Assembly: GCA_977020255.1 (NCBI GenBank)
Contig: CDROCS010002743.1
Location: 186,001 to 250,000, forward strand
DNA length: 64,000 nt
Reading direction: 5' to 3'
DNA from: Obrimoposthia wandeli
Taxonomy: Eukaryota
In this document: piece by piece, positions 24,640 through 36,298 of the stretch
How the letters are laid out: every line of letters begins with the position of its first letter
How positions within the stretch are numbered: position 1 is the stretch's first letter
Made by a program: the position numbers and the translations under genes
The notes under the pieces: generated by a model
Told to the model about the DNA's origin: nothing
Databases searched by the model: none
The model's input: only the letters and a program-made list of their open reading frames with translations

Positions 24640-25689
24640 GTGAGTGAAAAAGTTAAGCGTTTAAAAGCAAGATTCAAAGAAAGATTCATTAGTTGAGTAG
24701 GAACAAATAATTGTCATTTCTTCAATCAGTCCATCATTATTTTGTAAAAATAAATAATCCTTTGACAAAAAATAAGATTGGTGTATTTTTTAATAATTAT
24801 GCAAATGAAAGTTTTTGGCTACTTGAAAATATGACCAATAAACTTCTTGTAAACTCTAAGATTTAAGCTCAAAGTCAGGTTTGCGATATCAAAGTCATTC
24901 GTAATGATTTTGAGTTTACGCTATAAATTATATACTAAAGAGTTTATTTCTGGTCTAATTTAATAGTGTCTTATTGGGATTTTTACTTAAAATTCTTGGG
25001 TGTAGAGTGCTTTGATTTGAAAATTGAATCAAATGAAATAGCTATGAGACATAAAATACCCATAAAAATAAAGTAATATGTACAGTGTATTGAACTGTAT
25101 TTAAATTTTAAAATACCACATGATAAGAACATAAAAATTTGAATATAAATTTAACTAATCGTTTCAACAGTTTGTAAAATTTAAATTATAATATATGTTG
25201 TTTTAATGTATTTTTGTTTTGATTTTAAACTGTCTATTGGTGTTGCATAGGATAAATACTGAAATGGTTCAAGGTGGAAGATTTTTAGAGAATTACTTAA
25301 AATGAATATTTCCTCTTTGATTTATAGACAATTACTCATCTTTCTGTAAATTTTAAAAATTTCATTTTTGGAAATACCCTAATGTACAGTGTACACAGTG
25401 CTTAAGTACTTGAGTTGTTCGAAAAGTTTCGTTAATTAACTCTACTTTTACGACTTCAAAAAAACAATAAAATATATTTAAATACAATCTTCAATTATAC
25501 CAATAACCTAAGTAGATAAAACTAATTCTACCGCATCCTTTCTTTCGGTCGCAAAAATTACGATTTAGAAATCGAACCTTTCATCTTGAAATTCTGCTGA
25601 ACTTGCATATATTGGAGATTGGAAAATAGCCAGGAATATTCTAGATTAATGTTAGGTGAATGTAGTGCTCAAAAATCAAATTTATGTCA

Positions 25690-25920
25690 CTAATCGGGTG
25701 AAATTCAACCGAGCTTTGTCATAAATCAATACATATTTTTCTAATCAATACTCCAAGAACATTGAACAAACTTCTGGAGCAACATTCCAAAAATAAGAAA
25801 TACGACAAAGCGTTATTCGACCTTATACTTGAACCACACACGTCTCTGCTCTACGTTCTGCTCATTTGAATTAGTAACTGGCCTGCTACCGTGAGAAGAA
25901 TCAATGAATGATGTCTTAAT
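25690..25920 (+). mobile_element. Possible Penelope-like GIY-YIG endonuclease relic
   Basis: TPRTLNKLLEQH...KALFDLILEPH loosely matches the TxRxLxxRxxEH...SALxxH pattern. No GIY/YIG motif recovered. Confidence 0.3.
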
Positions 25921-27447
25921 ACCTTCTTTCACTTCTCACAGAGCTTAAGTACCTTATTTAGGGAATGTCTGTTCTCTGGCAATGCATTCAACCAAAAACT
26001 ATGGATATCAGGAATATGGAATTTGTTACATAACATGGTTACAAAAACGGTAATCTTATTTTATATAAATTGTCCAATATTGATAAAGGACATTACAGTT
26101 ATATTTGCAAACTAAAGTATCAATTTTAACCTGTATAAGAGAGAATGTAATCATCAAATTGTTTCTAACAACTTAAGAATCTGAAGAAACAATGTCATTA
26201 TCTAAAAACTCAAAACTTTGTCACATATGCGTATTGATTATTTTTTATACAAAGAATCGCAAAAATTTCGTCCCCATCTATATCTTCACTAACTTTGTTA
26301 ATACTTCAAAATTTAGAGAAATACGTAACCTACAAATTTGTACTAATAATATAATATTGTTCAGTTAAAATAAAAATCTTTACTTTGATTTAAATATTTA
26401 ATTTTGACTTTTTATATTTGTTTTAGAAATAAAAAGACTTTTAAAAATTATTGAATTTAGAGAAAATTGTCGTAATATAATTGTTACTTTTAATTTTATT
26501 GTTTAATAACTAGAAAGTTTTATTTTATTTTTCAAATGTATCATCACCAATCATGGACATTTGTTTGGCTACACGAAAAATCCCAAATCCAATTGTATAA
26601 CGACGAATTTGATGCTGCTTTAAGTATTTTGTAGCTACTGAACGATTTCTCTCTTGTTAATATATGTAAAATCAAAATCAAATGACATCTAAATTCTATA
26701 TTTTCAAACATATTTTATCAAATTTGGATTTAAACATGAAACAAAATGGTTATATGTTAAATAAATATTATTTTTAGTACGTATTCTTAAACTTGAAAGT
26801 CAATTTATCCACATTTACAAGGGAATAATTCCAAGCGTTATCCTTCAATCTCACTGATTTTTATTTCAGAGGCAAATAATATTAAATTGGTGACGAATAT
26901 ATTCTTAACCTTTGCTAAATATATTAATTAGAAGATAAAAAAAGTAATAAAAAATTCTTAAAATTCTTGTTTGAAGTTTGAAATATTTCAGATTATATAC
27001 TTTTTTAATTTATTTAAAAGTAAGATTTCAAAAAGGTTAAATATAGTTTCTAAAATTTTGAAAGTTATAATATTGGTAAGTAAATAAATGTTTCAAAAGT
27101 TAATTTGAATATAATTAATATTATTAACTTTAGTTATATTTATACGGAAAAAAATATATACCTTACAAATGTAGAAAATAATTGTTTCAAAATAAATGTT
27201 ATTTGAAATTTCGACTATTAAAGAGCATTTAAACAAAATTATTTTTATTGTTTTGTTCAAATTTTTCAGTGTTTTTTTTCCAGTATATTTTGCAGTTATG
27301 AATGATGTTATTTTAAAAATATTTTCCTTTATTTTAAAGTTGATTATTTTATTATTCAAAAGTGCCCAGTTATATCATTTTCAAGGAAACAATTTCGAGA
27401 GCACAGTTTAAATACATAATGAGCATCTTCTTTTTGTCCCTGTGCAG

Positions 27448-27555
27448 GTTTTAGGAGGGTGCTCCAGCCTCGATCTTGAGGCGAACATACTGACAGCTAG
27501 AACACTGTCCTCTTTATGTCGCATGTTAGTGGACAACAGCCAGATAAATCACTTG
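27448..27555 (+). CDS. LRRC74-like exon 3
   Basis: cag|GTT...TTG|gtgagt, 108 nt. CSSLDLEANILTARTLSSLCRMLVDNSQINHL is an RI-like LRR. Confidence 0.88.
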
Positions 27556-27883
27556 GTGAGTGTCATTAAATATGGCTTTTCCTTTGAATACTAAATCCGT
27601 TTGTAATGTCTTTGTTGTTTAGTATATAAACTTGAAACTCAAATATTTTTCTATATATAAAGTAATTTATGGTATTTATTTCTTCTATTTAGTACAACTA
27701 ATATTACATGTGAATGATGTTGAGAACGATATAAAAATGTATTAATAGCTATTTAATAAAAAATTCAAATCTAAATCAAAATATAATAACGTTTTATGAA
27801 ATATTTCAACAAAATTATTTTCAGATCAAGTTAATATCAATTTTATTAATATTTTAAAATGAAAATTTCTTAATAATATAGTG

Positions 27884-28177
27884 CAGGGGTTCCCAAAGTG
27901 GGTTCCGTAGGCAAAATCAGGGTTTCCACAAGCCAAAATTTAATAAAAAATAAATGTACAAAAATTGGCATTAACGTTACTCGCATCTATCTACCAGGGT
28001 ATAGGCCCACTATAACTACTTAATAAATACTTGAATGTAGTTTAACTTTAAATTTTTAATCATTTTTCAATATAATTAAGTTTTATTTTTATGCTTTACT
28101 TTATAGTTTTAAGTATTTTTAAATATGGAGGGGTTCCAATATTTTTTTAAGCAGCAAAAAACGTTTGGGAAACCCTG
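27884..28177. mobile_element. hAT-family MITE (294 bp)
   Basis: TIRs CAGGGGTTCCCAAA / TTTGGGAAACCCTG. Perfect 8-bp TSD ATATAGTG at 27876-27883 and 28178-28185. Confidence 0.92.
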
Positions 28178-28488
28178 ATATAGTGTATTTATCATGAAAT
28201 AAAAATGCTTTCAATAGGAATTTTTGAAGTTTCTAAATTTAAATTGACCGCCAATTTTTTTTTATAATAATTTCTTTAGATTTGCTGTTATAAAAATAAT
28301 CGTTATTCGAATAAAATTCTACTAAACTTAAAATATATTTTTATACCGGAAATTGTAAAGAAAAGCATAAAATTTATTTTGTCTAAAGACGAAAAAAATG
28401 CATACGAACTGTGAAATTTAATATAGAAAAACAACGGAAATTCTGCAGACAAACAATAAGACTGATACAATATGTCTCACTATTTCAG

Positions 28489-28582
28489 AATCTCTGTGGT
28501 TGTGGTATATCCGGTTTTGGTCCTATCATATTAGGTCCTTTCCTGTCTGTTACCAAGATTCTCAGAACCCTTTTATTACGAG
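28489..28582 (+). CDS. LRRC74-like exon 4
   Basis: cag|AAT...CGA G|gttagg, 94 nt (phase 0 to 1). NLCGCGISGFGPIILGPFLSVTKILRTLLLR continues the LRR and joins exon 5 in frame. Confidence 0.8.
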
Positions 28583-29599
28583 GTTAGGATTATTCTTCAT
28601 TTTTTTTTGATTTTATATGTTTTTATATGTATTTCCCATTTTATAAATGTCAAATAAAAATTAATGCATTTTATAAGGATAAGATTAAATCCTTTTATAA
28701 TTTAAAATATAAAAAATCGGGAATAAGCAGAATATATGACATTAATCGAAGCACAGTCAGACAATTTCGGTGTAAGATTTTGGAAAGATCTGGTATACCT
28801 GTGAAGTAACCTGTAAAAGAAACAAAAAATCATCTCATTGTTAGAAATATAATTTTCATCAATCTTTGTCTGATATATCAATCGGAACTATTAGAATATG
28901 TATCAAATATGCTAGTTTTAAAAATCGTAAAGAAGATAATTAAATCAACTCACAGATATTCAAAAGAAGAACCGTTTAGATTTCGGGATGAAATATTGTT
29001 GATGAAGAAATTAACATTGGTCAAGAATAGTTTGAACAAATGAAGCATCTGTTAACTATGAGGTTAAGATGGAAGAATTAAAATTTAATTATGGTCAGGA
29101 TAAGAGGAAGGTGAAGAGACTACTCTGTCTGTGTGTCAATGATGAGGTTTGAAAATTGCTTATAAGGAGAGCGATTTGGTTTAGAAGTCCATATACAAGT
29201 TCTAAAGGATTATGTAGCTAGCATTTCATTTATAAAAGCATAAACTTCTTCAGATTGACCTTATATGATGATAATAGTATAGAAATACAACTCAGTAGCA
29301 AGGTGGCTCAACAAAGAATTACCCTAGTCGTCGCCTCAGAAGTTTTAAACTTTTTGACGTGTCTCGTGAACTTTTAGACATGATTTATGGACTTTTAGAC
29401 ATTTGCCACGTTGCCACTGAATAGTCATTTTGTCTATGATTTCAAAACCTAACACAACTCTAATTTTTCACTGATTTCAAATTCAAAAATCGATAATTTC
29501 CCTTCACTAAAACAAATTTGAATTAAATTTGATTAGATAAAATGAAATAACTCATATTAACCTCAAATTTTACACTAATATAAATTTTACAAATTTTAG

Positions 29600-29835
29600 T
29601 CCCATCTTCAGATTATAATAGTTTTAACATTACTTTTATACGAATGTGCATTATCATCAGTAACATTAAGTGACGACTTAATATCTTGTTGGCACAACAA
29701 AGAACTACCCTCGGAGTAATTATCTTGTGGCGCTATGCCACCTAGTCATCACTTTAAGAGTTTTAGATTTTTAGACATAACTCATGGACTTTAAGGCATG
29801 ATTTATGAACTTTTAGATATTTGTCACGGAGCCAG
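29600..29835 (+). repeat. Dispersed repeat; inverted copy at ~34380-34590 and partial copy at ~29300-29440
   Basis: AGTCCCATCTTCAGATTATAAT...CACTTTAAGAGTTTT...GACAT.ACTCATGGACTTT...TATTTG.CACGG.GCCAG matches the reverse complement of 34380-34590. Confidence 0.75.
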
Positions 29836-30549
29836 CGAATGAACTTTTAAAGAAATAAATTGAATATTCATATTATATTAATAAGACAATGGCAAAAATA
29901 TCAAGTAATTTAAATATATATATTTGTTGTTGTTGTTATGAAGATTATTATTATACTCAGTAACACTTTCAGTTACACTTTCAGTCATACTCTATAACTC
30001 TAGTTCATTTACACATTCGATATTACAAACTTTTTTTTATCTACTCTTGTTATCATTTAGTATCATTTTAAACCAAACTCTCTAACTCATTTATTTATAT
30101 ATATTTTTTTATATTATCTTTTATTTTATAATTAATATTTGTTTGTTTGATATTTATGTTTTAAATCAAATTTGTTTAATTACATCAATAGAAACAATGA
30201 AAACTTTGCGTAAAAATAGTAAAATATTTTGAGTTTATTAAACATTTTTGCTTAATTTTTATATTTAAAAAAAAACTACATTTCAATATTTTATTTTTCA
30301 AAATTTTTCATGTAAAAATAATTTTTTTAATGTTTGCGTTTTAAAAAATTACACTTTAATATAATATTTAATATCATTGTTTAAATAAATTAATAAAATT
30401 AATAAACATTTTCGTAAATTTAAGTATTTATAAAAAAAAAAGTTAAGCATTTTGAGTTTATTAATATTGTTTACTTAATATATATTTTTAATAATGGTAC
30501 TTTAATATTTCATTTTGGCACAAATTTAAATTAAAAATATTTTTAGTTT

Positions 30550-31254
30550 TTCACCAGGACTCTTAACTTATGCAAAACCATAGGGATATGGTTGAACTAA
30601 ATTTTGATAGACAAATACAACCATGTAATGAAATTATCAAGTTTGTTCCAAATCTGAACCTTAATTTGTTGACGACCATAAAATTTTTACATGATTAAAC
30701 ACACAATATTTTGACAATCCCAACCATGTACTTAAAACTTTGAACTTTTTTACCCTTTCATCTATGGTCGACCATACCTTTATGGATGAATTCGCATACT
30801 AAAGATGATTCCAACCATATAATAAAACCTTGATATTTTAAACTTTATTTTGTCTTTATCCCGACCCCTTCATTTATGGACGACCATAACCCTTTAGATG
30901 TGATGGCCAACCATAGTTGAACTCAAATATACCTTCAAGTTATAACTGAACCCAACCCTTTCATCTATGGACGACCACAACCCTCTGGATGTGTTGGTCA
31001 ACTATAGATGGTCACAACCATATCTTCAAACCTTTAAGTCATAACTGAGTCCGACCCTTTCATCTATGGACGACTACAACCATAAAAGATCACGATCATA
31101 CCTTCAAACCTTCATAACCTTTCTCAGCCAGACCCCTATGGTGTGGCAAGCTACTCTTGGTATGGCGTAATCACTTTTTGGAGTGCACACGCATGAATTT
31201 GTTAGTGTGCGCACACGGGGGTCAAGTGTTCTAGACTCCGTCCTTCCCCCTACT
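30550..31254 (+). mobile_element. Solo diverged right-hand TIR of the same Polinton-type family as 4716-8546
   Basis: Colinear with ~7660-8546 (TATGGACGACCAT motifs, GCCAGACCCT..GGTGTGGCAAG, GTGTGCGCACA). Ends CTAGACTCCGTCCTTCCCCCTACT. Confidence 0.85.
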
Positions 31255-31342
31255 AACCTGAATTAACACATACTGAATTGAGTAATTTAAAATCAATAAA
31301 TTTAGTTTCGATAAAACTTCGTAAGATAGATTAAAATCCCGA

Positions 31343-31719
31343 GATGTTATTGTTATAGATGATTTGTTTAATGAAGTAAAAATATAGATGTCATAATTTA
31401 TTTACAAACATAGCATTACATAAACATGCTACTGTAATATTCATTATTAAAATCTATTCCATCACGGAGGAAAGCACAGGACGAGGAATTTAAATGTATA
31501 TATCTTAATAATATTTAAAAATCCAAGACATAAAACGATTATTGATTTTGTGACGAGACAAGCTTTTCAATGTAATAGAAAAATTTGATTGAGGCATTGT
31601 AAGATGCAACAGTTAATCCTTATGGATACTAATTTTTAGATTTCACACAAAATTGTCCAGATGAATTAAGAGTGAGAACTTATATATTTAATAAGATAGG
31701 TAATATCAACAAAATATGA
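31343..31719 (+). pseudogene. Polinton/Maverick packaging ATPase (FtsK-HerA/A32-like), C-terminal half, frameshifted
   Basis: Across frameshifts: DVIVIDDLFNEV (Walker B)...NLFT...HKHATVIFII..NLFHHGGKHRTRNLNVYILIIFKNPRH...RQAF...DATVNPYGY*FLDFTQNCPDELRVRTYIF. Confidence 0.85.
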
Positions 31720-32402
31720 AACAAAAAGAGAAAGAAAAAGTGCCAGTGGTTGTAGGTTCAAAATGGAAACCTGGTAAACCAGTAACAAAAGGAGCGAATT
31801 TAATATTTAAAAAGAATAATGAACAAGTTACAAAACTTATAAAATTAGTTCTTAATGAACGTAATAGAGATAACGATTTCTTTAAGAAATAAAAACCAAA
31901 ATGGAAATCAAAAGAAAAAAAAGAAAACAAACCAAAATGGATTTATTTAAATAAAAAACAAAATGGTGGAAGTAAATTTTCCTTTTGTGTCATCCTCTTA
32001 TCTGCTAAAATAGCATCGATTAATGGTTGAAATTCCATAATAATAATAATAATGAAACTAAAATATTTCTTTTACATACTCTTCCTGCATTACTTAATTT
32101 TATTGATACAGTAAAACAAGTGTTCTTTTATTTAATAATAGATAATAATATAAAATTTCGAATTAAATAAAATACACATGATATATAATAACCTAAATAC
32201 ATTGACCTTTATAAAATTATATTATACATTATTTTCATTAAATTACTTTCGTTTAACTTATATAATTATAAAATTGATGAATTTAAACAAAATTTCATTT
32301 TTAATATTAGTCTTGTACAACTTGTTATTTATTTACTTGATTGTCCATATAGCCAAACTATTTTAATTCTGAATATATATATATATATATAGTAAAGTTA
32401 TT

Positions 32403-32720
32403 TTACCATATAATTATGATACTGAGGAGTCTAACTTGAAACTCAATAACCACCTAAATCGGCATTTCCTAAAAATGTAACAAATTTGCAAACATTCGTG
32501 CTCCCAATCATTTACATAATTTTCTTGATGAATTATCTATTGAATCAATTAAACAGTATTCTCATGGTTCTAAAGGTAAAAATTTACTGTTAATCCATGA
32601 AGATAAGAAAAACAATATCAAATATTTTCAATATTTGCACTTTTGATGTATTTTTGGAGTTAAAGTTACTCAAGTATATAGAATAATTCAATTTTATCCA
32701 ACACCAATATTTAAGTAATA
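32403..32720 (+). pseudogene. Protein-primed DNA polymerase B (Polinton pPolB) fragment, internally deleted
   Basis: LPYNYD...PPKSAF resembles FPYxY...LPPKEAF. It is followed by PNHLHN...KNLLLIHEDKKNNIKYFQYLHF*CIFGVKVTQVYRIIQF..PIFK*Y, resembling KLLLTLEDKxNYVVHY...LGxKVTKIHRxxxF...WLKPY. Confidence 0.7.
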
Positions 32721-34574
32721 TACACCTGACTCAACTCAACGATAATAATCGTCAATGTTGTGTATCACCCTATTAAATTTATTATAAATTATAAAACTGA
32801 ATGAACTTACTATAGGTTTAGGTACGCAAACTTTCAAATCAACGTTGATACCTCAAATAATTGGCGATAATAACATAAACGCATTTAAACACTCACAAAG
32901 ATGGTATCATGTATTTTTGATTATAGAAAAAGGATTTAATCTAACGGTGATACGTAAAATGAACAGAGGTATAATTTTAAAAATGTTTCATGAACTTAAA
33001 ATGATTTTAGAATAATTTTTTAACTTTCTTAATATTTTAAGGATATAAATGTCTTTTAAAAGTGATAATCAAACTATCTTATATTTCATTCAAACGAAAT
33101 ATTTTTGAATATGATGATAATTTTGATAATAATGATGAAAATACTCCTGAATATGCTATTATAATTAAATAGAATCAAAGAAAATATGTTTGCGTCTTAA
33201 TTCTAAATAGTTTTACATTTTAAGAGATTAATTGAATTTGAAAATAATAATAATCCTACGTTTTTATTTATTTTCGTTCTTGGACATAATATACTTAAAA
33301 GCCCTATCGAGACATATTTTTATTTTATAACATGGGATCATACGAATCATTATCAATTTTCAACAAAAACAAAAAAACTACAAATAAATAATTCATAATA
33401 ATAATTTATTACACTTTTGTCTTTCATATGTATATATTTTCATGAAAGTATTTTTATGAGTACATTTTTATGCATTGTTTATAGAATACATATCATGACT
33501 TATTCTGTCTTTTTCATCATAAAGAATTTTTAATTAATATGATTATAAACAAATTAGTTTTATTCTAACTTTATTCATTAGAATGATAAAATAAAATCCC
33601 TCGTATCAAAAACTTGAGATTGGAAATTTCGAACTCAGAATTGAAAATGAGTTATCTAGAAAATTAATTAGATATACAAGAGTTGAAAATTGAAATTGTG
33701 AAGTTAAAACTTCTCATTTTAAAACGTCAAATATAGAAAAATGAAGTTATAAATAAATCTTTATGTTTCTTCAGTCTTTTTAATTAATTAAGATTTGAAC
33801 CATTCAAAATCATTAACCAACCAAAATTTATGTAAATGATATAAAAATTAACCGATTTAATTATATTTCAAAAAATATTTCAGTTTTTACACATCACGGA
33901 AATTAATTTACGAAAGGCTGTTAGATATATTCAATTATTATGACGGCACTTCATATAAAATATTATTACTTTACTTCATGATAAATATGATTGTGAGAAT
34001 GACAAAAAATCTGAAAGGGAGAATGAAAATAACTGAACCATTTTTAGTAACTATAGATGATTTTCTATTTTATCTTATTCTATTTTTTATTAATTATGCA
34101 AATTAATTTGCAAAAATAGAGCGAGATGGTGACCAGGTAATGCAGTGTGGCATATCAGCAAAAGCAGGTCTTCTATGACTTACTTAGTTTTAATCCTAAC
34201 TTATTTGTATAAAAAAGTAAAATTGAATTACTTCACTTCATCAAACCTAATTTTATTTAAATTTGCTTTAATGAAGTGAATTGCTTTTTGAATTTGAAAT
34301 CTGTGTAAAATTTTAGTTACCAAAGGTTTGGAAATTATACCCAAAAAGTCTAAATATAGTAACAAATGAAAAAAATGTAATGATTCACTGGCACCGTGGC
34401 AAATATTTAAAAGTCTAAAAATCATCTCTAAAAGTCCATGAGTCATGTCTAAAATTTAAAACTCTTAAAGTGACGATTAGATGGAACATAGGCACAAAAG
34501 AGAACTAGCCCAAATTAATGTTACTGATTTTAATGCAATTTCCCATAAAAAGTAATGTTAAAAACCATTATAAT

Positions 34575-34825
34575 CTGAAGATGGGACTTCGAATAATTTA
34601 TTGGGCAGCAAAGTCACCGAATTTAAATCCGATAGATATTGTATGGTGTATTTTATTTAAAAAAACTGATGACAGAAGATACGATAGTACGATAATTTAT
34701 TCCCTTTAGCGATAATTATCAAATACTGTTGTAATCAAATACCTTACTCTATTATATACCAAATAATTGGAAGTATGAATTAAAGAGTAACGAAGCTCAG
34801 ATAAAAGGGGGTTTAGTATTAATTG
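34575..34825 (+). mobile_element. Tc1/mariner transposase C-terminal relic
   Basis: WAAKSPNLNPIDIVW resembles WPxxSPDLNPIENxW, followed by IGSMN*RV...KGG. Confidence 0.75.
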
Positions 34826-36166
34826 TAAGATATATATTTGGTTTTAATTTATATTAAAAATATATTAATTTATTATAAATATACGGGATGGTCATTCTTT
34901 TGTTTACTTTACGTTGAAATGACTGTTACAAAAAATATTATTACAAATCCTATTATAAAATCTTTCCGAAAATCTAATTGTACACTCTACAATAACTTTC
35001 TGTTTATTGTTAAGCTTAAATAAAGATAATCAACATTTTATATAAATTACTTTATTAATATCATCAAAACTTGTGAATAATAACAGTACAATACAAATGA
35101 CCAGGCGTCCAACAATTTTGAGAGTTCTCTAACAAAATTTTAATATTTTTAAAACGTTAACATAAAAAATATGGCGACGATGATGATGAACACTTCAAAA
35201 TTTAAAACATAGGATTTTTTTTTAAATTAATAAGGACCTGTAATATTCGCAGGAGGTCAGTCACGTTGTCACAGTAAATTTTTTTGTCTAATTTCTCAAA
35301 AGTCAAGGTTTTTATATCTTTTATATTACAATTTAGTGTCTGGGTTTTCATGGTGGAGCTTTTGATTTAGATTAGATAATCTAAATGGTGTTTAGTTTAT
35401 ATGATGTATTGCCCACTTAGATTCCATCGAGTAACCCGTTAGTAGGTATGTCTTCCTGTTAGTATTTCAAAGTTTTGTGTACTTTTTATACTAAAGAACT
35501 TTTTTACCCAAATGTGAGATCTTGATGAGCCAAAAATATTTCAATTGGAAATAATTTATGCTTTAAAATGATGTTTTGTTCATTTATGTGTGACATTTAG
35601 ATGTCTAGAAATTCTTCTTCAAAGTTTAATTAATTAATGTTTTAATTAACAAAAATCACATTTTTGTGGATCTTTCTTAATACGAAAGTTCAAAAACTTT
35701 CAAGCATACATGAAATAAAACAATATTTTATTTCTAATTTATGTAGTTCAATGTTTGAGATAAGGTCTTCATTTAAAACGTTATTCAAAAAAGGTGAATT
35801 TTACATATATAAATTAATTAATATTTTAAAACTATTATTCTTTATTGTGGGTTACTACATAACATTTTAATAAGTATTTTGGTATAAACTTTATGCATAA
35901 CTTAAGCAATTGTTATTTATTTGCTTTATATTTTTGAGGAAAGTTATTTAAATATTTCTTACTTTACTGTTCTTTTAAATTTAACTCTAACATTATAAAC
36001 AATTCTAAAGTTAGACTTAGTTCGCATTTTTTTTATTTGCTTTATTAAAAGTTTGGGCATAGTTTACTTTCTCCAAGTCGATATCTGTATCAAATTTGAC
36101 ATACATAGTACGGAGATAATATTTTTAGCTATCGTTTTAAGTTTTTTATTCTCCAATGATCTTCAG

Positions 36167-36298
36167 ACAATGAATTCAACGATGAAGACGGCAGAATACT
36201 GTTTGAGTGTTTGGCCTCTAATCGCAGTCTCAAAAAGCTGGATCTGTCAAAAAACCGCTTTTTTCTGCGCTGTGCTCGAGAGCTGGAGACCATGATCG
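36167..36298 (+). CDS. LRRC74-like exon 5
   Basis: cag|AC...ATC G|gttagc, 132 nt (phase 1 to 1). (D)NEFNDEDGRILFECLASNRSLKKLDLSKNRF. Confidence 0.9.

Noticed and set aside
29900-30540. Possible left end of the element whose right TIR is at 30550-31254
   Set aside because: AT-rich low-complexity sequence with no AGTAG terminus preceded by AACCTG.
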